Origin: Rhynchopus sp. YZ270_cl-10
Lineage: Eukaryota
Assembly: GCA_964035575.1 (NCBI GenBank)
Contig: OZ037835.1
Coordinates: 868,001 to 932,000 of the forward strand
DNA length: 64,000 bases
Reading direction: 5' to 3'
The translations under genes and the position numbers were made by a program. The notes under the pieces were generated by a model, which was given only the letters and a program-made list of their open reading frames with translations, had not been told where the DNA came from and ran no database searches. Position 1 is the stretch's first letter; each line of letters begins with the position of its first letter. This document shows positions 57,463 to 64,000 of this stretch, in pieces.

Positions 57463-59671
57463 ATTTGTTCTCTTGAAATGTGTAATTTCAAGTTTTCTAG
57501 AAAAAATAACAACTGATCCCTACAAGGGTTGAAGGAAGGTGGTTGAAAACAACAACAAAACAAGGAATTGCTAAGAAAAAGAACGAGGTGTGCTGTGGGA
57601 AACTCCGCGCGATTTTTGAAACCAACATAGCAGCCTGGCGCTTTGCTGGGTGGTGCTGATGCGCATGGTGTGATCGACGACAGTTCGTCGTCTGTGTTCC
57701 TTGCGCACTCCTCCTCCGGCGACGATGAGTGGGAGGCTGTGGACGACAACGAGGTGGAACACGCCGACCATCGATCGAGCAAATGGTGCTGGACGAAGAG
57801 GGGTCTGAGGATGACAGCCCCCGTTCTTGAACGTTTCAAGTGCAGGCGTCCCAGTGGTTGTGGCAGCGTTTTCGCATACCTGCAGAAGAGCAGAGTGTAG
57901 ATTATTTCTACAGGGCGGTGTTCAGGAGTGTGGGTCCCCCCATAACCACAGCACACCCCGTTTTTTTTCCGATAGCAATTACTTGTTTTTCTTTGCTTTA
58001 TTTTTGATGTTGTTGTATCGACACTCAACCCATTAAGGGTAGTGCTCGTTTGCTCAAATGTCACTCAAAAAGAAAGGACCACATGGGGTGTATTTGAATT
58101 AGAGTTTTTTTATAAATTTTTGTTTTTGTTGTTTTTGTTGTTGTTGTGGCATTTTGCTTTGTAATTTATATTTTGTTTTCTTTGATAAATTGTTGGAGTA
58201 GTGTAGTTGCCTCGGTTGTGTTGCCACAATTGTGCAATCTCCACTGTCTTTTTGAATAACTTAGTTGTATGAGTGCAGACACCCGAAGATGAGCTTATGC
58301 TTGCTTTTTTTTTGTTTGTTTTACACAAATATTGTGTTTTGTTTTGTTTTGTTTGACAAATTGCTTGGGTACTGTACTTTCCTCAGGGTTTGTGTTGCCA
58401 CAGTTTGTACAAATCTCTGCTGTGCTTATGAGATGTTTGTCACATTTCATGTCTTAATTTGCATGTACGTAGTGACTGATGATGGCAGCGACTCTGATGT
58501 TGTGACAGTACACCTGTTAGTGAACACTATTGGGGTAGTCGTGGGACTGCTACAATGTGCCCCAGAATTAAGGTCACCCTGGAGACTATTGTTACAAAAA
58601 AAAAATGTCGTCAGGTGACATGAATTCTAATACACACCGTATTCGACTCCAGTGGACAGTAGAACACATTGTACGAGTGGGGGAGGTGCGAGGCAAAGCT
58701 ATCTGTATAGCTGGGGCCAAAGGGGTTCTGGGTTTTTGGTTTGTTCGGATTATTAAAAAATCAAAAAATAATTTTTAAAAAAGGAAGGGAAAAAAAAAGA
58801 AGAGAAAGAACTCCTCGCTCTCCTCTCGGCTCTTGGGATCCTGTTGTTAGGTCGCTTTTCTTTTTTCTTTTCATTTTATGTTCTGTTTGACAAATCCACT
58901 GAAAAGCAAAAAAAAAGAAATTTTAGCCAAGATATTTGGGGAGGAGAAGCAGGAAAGTATATTTTTTTTCTCTCTCTCTCTCTTTTTTCTTCTTCATTTT
59001 TGAAAACTTGGTTGTATTAGTGCTCCCAAAGAGGGATTTTTGAAAGTGCTTTGTGCTCTTTTTATTTTGTAGGGGGATTGGTGTCGCAGACGTGGTTGGA
59101 AGGTGGGGGGGGAAATAAAGGGGGAAACGAAAGAGGAGAAAGTTGAAATAGCACACGCCTCACCAGACGACCAGTGGACGCGGGCATTGTGTTTGGGGTT
59201 TAAAATATATTGGTGGGCACACCATTGAGACCTGATGTCGAGACGAACAACGCTGAAGGGAAAGGGGGGGGTGGGGTGGGGGTATTGGGTGGTTAGCTTG
59301 AAAGGAAAAGGAAAAGGAAAAGTATAAAGGATTGGGTTGTGTTTTTTGACTGATATCACAAGATAGCAGACGCACACTTTTGAACAAAAAAAATATATTA
59401 AAAATGCATCAGTCGCGATCCCGAAAAGGTCCGTTCGGAACAGCGACCTGTTATACCATCATGTTGGAAGCAACCTAGCGTAACCCATCTGAGTGGTATT
59501 GGGGTGTTTTTGTTTTTTCTAAGCCTTTTTGCCCCTCACAAGGTTTTCTTGTTTTTCCCCCTTCTCGAGCGATGTAACACACCACCACGGGCACACACAT
59601 CTGTCGAAATGGGGGAAGAAAAAAAAAAGGGGGAATAAAAAAAAAAAAAAAAAAAAAAAATGCTCGAGAGA

Positions 59672-60842
59672 CAGGCCTGTTTCTAAATCCGGTCCCCGTC
59701 CCCAGATTTGGAAAAATAAATTTTTTTCCCGCACTTTTTTTCCCGCCGTCTCTACTGCGTTTTAGGGGTTCACAGGGGCTCAGAGGAGCCCGAGAAAAAA
59801 TACCACGTGTCTGGATGAGACCGCTCGTGCAAAATAACCAGTTTTCGGGGGAGGGAAAAAAAAGGGGGGGAGGGGTGCCGAATCCAGAACGGCCCCCCAC
59901 ACGACGGTGAAGTCAATGACATGACATGTGCTTTTGACATGTGCTTACCATGTAACTTTTTTTACATGTGAAACACATGTCATTTTACATGTCATGTCAT
60001 TGACTTCACCGTCGTGCACCAAGTCCCCCCCGTGTGGTTGTACGGGAGTACCTTGGGGAAATGGGTTGCTGACCGCACCATGAAATCCCGCACCATACAG
60101 GCTGTACCCAAATTTTTTTTGCCTGCGGCGCCATTTTTCATTTTTTGCTCCGCAAAAAAGGGTTCATTGAGTGACTCTGTGGTGTAAAAAGCTAGATTTT
60201 TACACCGTGCCCTAAATTTTTTTTTGCCTGCGGCGCCATTTTTTTTTTTACTTTTTTTGCTCCGCAAAAAAAATACAGTCCCTCTGTTCCCAATGTCTTC
60301 CCTGGTCAGCAGCGCCGAAAATTATCTCATGGACCACACTTCGCTGAGGCGGTGCACGAACCAATGGTTCATTTTCTTTCAAGTCTGCCTAAAGAAATCT
60401 CTGAAACTCATACAGAAAACAGTAGTTGTTTTTCCGAGAGACCACAAAAGTGAGGTGGGCAAACGCCACTTTCGGAGGATTACTGCAGCCCTGGCTAACC
60501 TGGAGCCCTCCATCACCCTCGTCGAGGCACAAGTACCCCCTCCGCCATTCTTCCACACTATACGTGAGGACGATTTTGCGCTGCGTATGAGCAAGGGGCC
60601 AGCCCATATCAGCTTTGTCTAAAAATCCCTCCACCCATCACCCAAATATGGCCCAAATTGTGTTCAATTGGGTCAAATTTTCACAGCGCTTCCCAAATTT
60701 GTCATGGAGGCGGGTGCAAAGCGCAAAAAAACCCCGAAAAAGGGCACAAAAAGCACACAAAAAAGACGCGAAAAGGGCGGGAAAAAAACCGGTCCCCAGC
60801 CGAAAAAAACCCGGAAAATAGGCCCGTCACGGTTCAGGCCTG
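59672..60842. mobile_element. TIR-type insertion with CAGGCCTG ends and 9 bp TSD
   Basis: CTCGAGAGA flanks both ends. A similar uninterrupted target lies at ~17440. Confidence 0.65.
59900..60016. mobile_element. CMC/EnSpm-like MITE (CAC...GTG, 2 bp TSD CA)
   Basis: Perfect 30 bp TIR CACGACGGTGAAGTCAATGACATGACATGT with internal ACATGT repeats. Confidence 0.7.
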
Positions 60843-60933
60843 CTCGAGAGAATTCGCTTACTCTGTCGCTTTGCTCGGGAAAAAAAAAGACTGCGAACCC
60901 CGGTGAAAAATAATAATGAAAATAATATCTATT

Positions 60934-61097
60934 TATTCGACTTTTTATACAGTAGTTTTATTTTGCGATAATTTCACGCTAATTTTCGATGCGAGTGTGG
61001 TTAATTTGCCGAGCGAAGCGAGGCAAATTGAGCTCACGAGCATCGAAAATTAGCGTGAAATTATCGCAAAATAAACTACTGTATAAAAATTCGAATA
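60934..61097. repeat. Long palindrome 1, centred on GCCGAGCGAAGCGAGGC
   Basis: Self-complementary arms read directly from the sequence. Confidence 0.85.
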
Positions 61098-61207
61098 GGT
61101 GATTTTAATTTGCGTGTTACATAAAGTTCTAGTGGGGGCTCTGTTGGAAAAGGGTAACTTATTTGTTGTGCAATCCATTAATGCTGTTTTTCCTGTACAA
61201 AAATACA

Positions 61208-61955
61208 CAGGGTTTTTTCTAGGGGGGGACGGGGGGGGACGGCGTCCCCCCCCAGATTTTGGGGGGAAACGCGTCCCCCCCCGGGGGGGGACGCATTTTG
61301 ACTTGGGAAAAAAAGGATATGGGGACACCACGTACGTAACCCGCACCAGAAAAAAAAGGGAGGCAGGGAGTCGAGCGCGCGCGAAGCGCGTCTTATCCCC
61401 TTCCTGGCATCATTGTGAAGAGGATATAGCGAGGTGAAGTTTCAGACCGTGCCCCCAATTCACTCAATCTTTGCACCATTTGACGGACCGAACAAAGAGT
61501 GAGAATAAGGGATCGGCAAAAATCAAAAAAGTAGCGTACCGTGCGCCTGCGGCGCAACTCAAAACTTATGAGCGGAATCCCACAGCCCTCTACCATAGTT
61601 TGGCTGTACAAATGTTCAATTTTAGGTCACAATTTTTTGAAATGTTGCGTACCGTGGCTTCGCCAGAAAGTTCTGATATCATGACCGCCGTTTCTTCTTG
61701 CACTGAGGGAAGGTTCCGTGGAACATGAGAAAAAGGGTTGGTTCTTGATGTACGTTACCATCCCACGTTATCACGTATTTACGTGAAATGAACGGGCTTT
61801 TTGACCCCTTTTTGGACATATCTTCACGGTTTTGGAAAAATTTTCCATGAAGATAAGCGGAAGCCCTGCTTGCACCTGCGAAAAAAAAAATTTTTTGGGT
61901 GGGTTTTTTGCGTCCCCCCCCAGATCTGAAAAAAAAAATCCTAGAAAAAACCCTG
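61208..61955. mobile_element. CAGG-terminated MITE with 5 bp TSD, carrying the GNA-hairpin cassette in reverse orientation
   Basis: 16 bp TIR CAGGGTTTTTTCTAGG / CCTAGAAAAAACCCTG; TSD ATACA. Confidence 0.8.
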
Positions 61956-61976
61956 ATACAGTGAAAAATAACTATT

Positions 61977-62142
61977 TATTCACCTCCTTTTAGCGGGGTT
62001 TTATTTTGCGATAACTTCACGCATTTTTTTCCCAGGCGAGGGCTACTTAATTTGCCGAGCGAAGCGAGGCAAATTGAGTGCACGAGCCTGGGAAAAAAAT
62101 AAGTGAAGTATCGCAAAATAATCCGCTAAAAGGAGGTGAATA
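61977..62142. repeat. Long palindrome 2, same core with different arms
   Basis: Self-complementary arms; core AATTTGCCGAGCGAAGCGAGGCAAATTGAG shared with palindrome 1. Confidence 0.85.
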
Positions 62143-63519
62143 CGTAATTTTATTTCACGGGAAATAAAGTATACGAAAGGATTTGGCACTTTTAGTGTGA
62201 CTTATTTATTGTGCAATAACTAACGAGTATGTGTCCTCACAGGAAGCTCTCAGGGAAAAAAAAAAAAAAGAGCGTGAAAAAAAAAAAAAAAAAGCTCTCA
62301 TTACCCTCCCGCCAGCGCTACCGGGTCCCGCGGACCCCTAGATAGGCCCGCTGAGGGGCTGGCGGGATTGAGGAGGCTGGAGGGAGGCTAAAAAAGGCTG
62401 GAAAAAGGGGGGTCAAGTACTTCAAGTACCATAAAAAATCCGAAAAAAGTACTTCAAGTACTTTGGACATCCATGTCCTACGTATTTTCCCACAGAAAAT
62501 AAAAACACAAGTGAAAAAAAGTGAAAATACAGTAGTTTTATTTCCACAGAGACAAATTATCGACAATTAAAATTACCCTTTTCCAACGGAGCCCCACTAG
62601 AACTTTATTTAACAAGTGAATTAAAAGTAAAAAAAAAAAGAAAAGAATGTCTGTTCTCCATAAGCGAATGGGGCTTACTACGGTCCCACAATGTTCGCAT
62701 CATCCGGGTGGAGGGGGGTAGGAGAGAGAGAGAGAGAGGGGTCAAGGAGTGTGACTAATACTGGGAGGGCCCCCGGAGGAAGAGGAAGAGGAGGAGGAGG
62801 AGGAGGGGGTCCGGAAAGATAAAAAGACCAGTCTTTATTCTTTGCTCAAAGTCAAACAAGTTTGTGTTGAAGAGAAAAAGCCCCCCCCCCCTAACCAAAA
62901 ACAAACCCGATGTGAAGTAAAACGTACGGGGGAGGAGAAACACACCGACTAGGGAATCAAAAATTGAAAATCCTGATGAAGGAGGTGTTGTTTATTCCCG
63001 GTCCCCTTCCAACCTTACCGTAAGTAAGTGGTAGAAAATATCAAAAAGTGAGAGGAATTGTCGCTATTATTTTTATGTCTTTTTATCCGAACCCCCCAAT
63101 CCGCAGCAAAGCTGCTCAAACAAGTTTGATTGTGAGGAGGAGGAGGAGGAGGAGGAGGAGGAAGAGGAGGAGGAGGAGGAGGAGACTAAAAAAGAGGGGA
63201 GGGGAAGACAGACAAAATGAAATACCCCCCCTTCTTTATTTATTCGTTGTTTGTTGTTTGTTGATCGCATCCATCCATTTTTTTTTTTTTTTCAAACCCC
63301 AAAAGCAGGGTTTTATCTTGAAAAAACATTTTAAAATTTTACCCGGTCTACCCGGTCTGGCAAAAAAGTGGTCAAAAAAAATTTTTTCGCCTCCGGCGAA
63401 CATGTCCCGGCAAACCGTTAAAACTGCTGCATTCACTCGCATATTGCATATCATCTCACGTTCCCCACCTTTGCGGAATAAGCAAAAAAATCATGTCAGG
63501 TCGGTAGCGTGTGGACATT

Positions 63520-63790
63520 TCCTCGTATAGACATCTACAAAAAGAAACGGCAGCCATGGCAAAGGTTCCTGGCGAAGCCACGGTACGCAACATTTCAAAA
63601 TATTGTGCTTAAAATTGCACATTTTACAGCCAAATTATGTCATGGGTGGCTTGCAATCTGGCGCCGCAGGCGCACGGTACGCTACTTTTTTCCTTTCGCC
63701 ATGCTGTATGCTTCCTTTTCCTTCGGCGTTTGACCAATTGAGTCGTGTTCTGGCTGTGACGGGGTCACTTTGTTCATGAGGCCAGTTCTG
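63520..63790 (+). repeat. Fourth copy of the GNA-hairpin cassette, probably inside an element starting CAGGG at ~63305
   Basis: Homologous to 56330-56600. Confidence 0.75.
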
Positions 63791-64000
63791 GTCACTCTTA
63801 GAGGTTGGTGTGAGGTACCCAAGATTTATCATTTTGTTTTTTTTTTTGGCCTGACCGGGTGGATATTTTTTTTTTTTTCCCCAGACCGCAGGGGTGTCGC
63901 TAATTCGGGTCCAGGGTCCCGACTTTTTCAAAACTAAAAAAAAAATTTGCACCCCTAGTAAAATCTGTGTAGGAAAAAAAAAATTTGCACCTAATACAGG

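Noticed and set aside
57643..57900. Acidic ORF fragment with a C-x4-C motif
   Set aside because: Too short and incomplete for a zinc finger; at most a decayed remnant.
1..64000. tRNA, rRNA or CRISPR arrays
   Set aside because: None recognisable by eye. tRNAscan/Infernal was not run.

Overview
Eukaryotic genomic window with canonical GT-AG introns. All confidently called genes lie on the minus strand. This, plus a multi-TM receptor-type adenylate cyclase, suggests a euglenozoan, probably diplonemid-like, protist (inference only). Main content: (1) two tandem paralogs of an NLR-like STAND protein with the architecture N-myristoylation motif - ankyrin - R-S-ExE ADP-ribosyltransferase - NACHT - pentapeptide repeat - WD40; (2) ten paralogs of an NLS-bearing ankyrin-repeat protein, one next to the NLR pair and nine in a 20 kb tandem array, built from a 3-repeat module whose binding-surface residues are hypervariable on a near-invariant scaffold; (3) a spliced coiled-coil gene, a spliced myristoylation-motif WD40 gene, a small type I membrane protein and the cyclase; (4) AT-rich intergenic zones packed with non-autonomous DNA transposons (hAT-, Tc1/mariner-, PIF/Harbinger-, piggyBac- and CMC-like by TIR/TSD), a triple-nested insertion, a decayed hAT transposase, a shared GNA-triloop hairpin cassette, covarying palindromes, and one repeat element carrying two different microsatellites. 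Best candidate for a new system: a protist innate-immune-like locus coupling an ART-effector NLR with a diversified ankyrin binder repertoire. All calls were made by eye; no database search was run.
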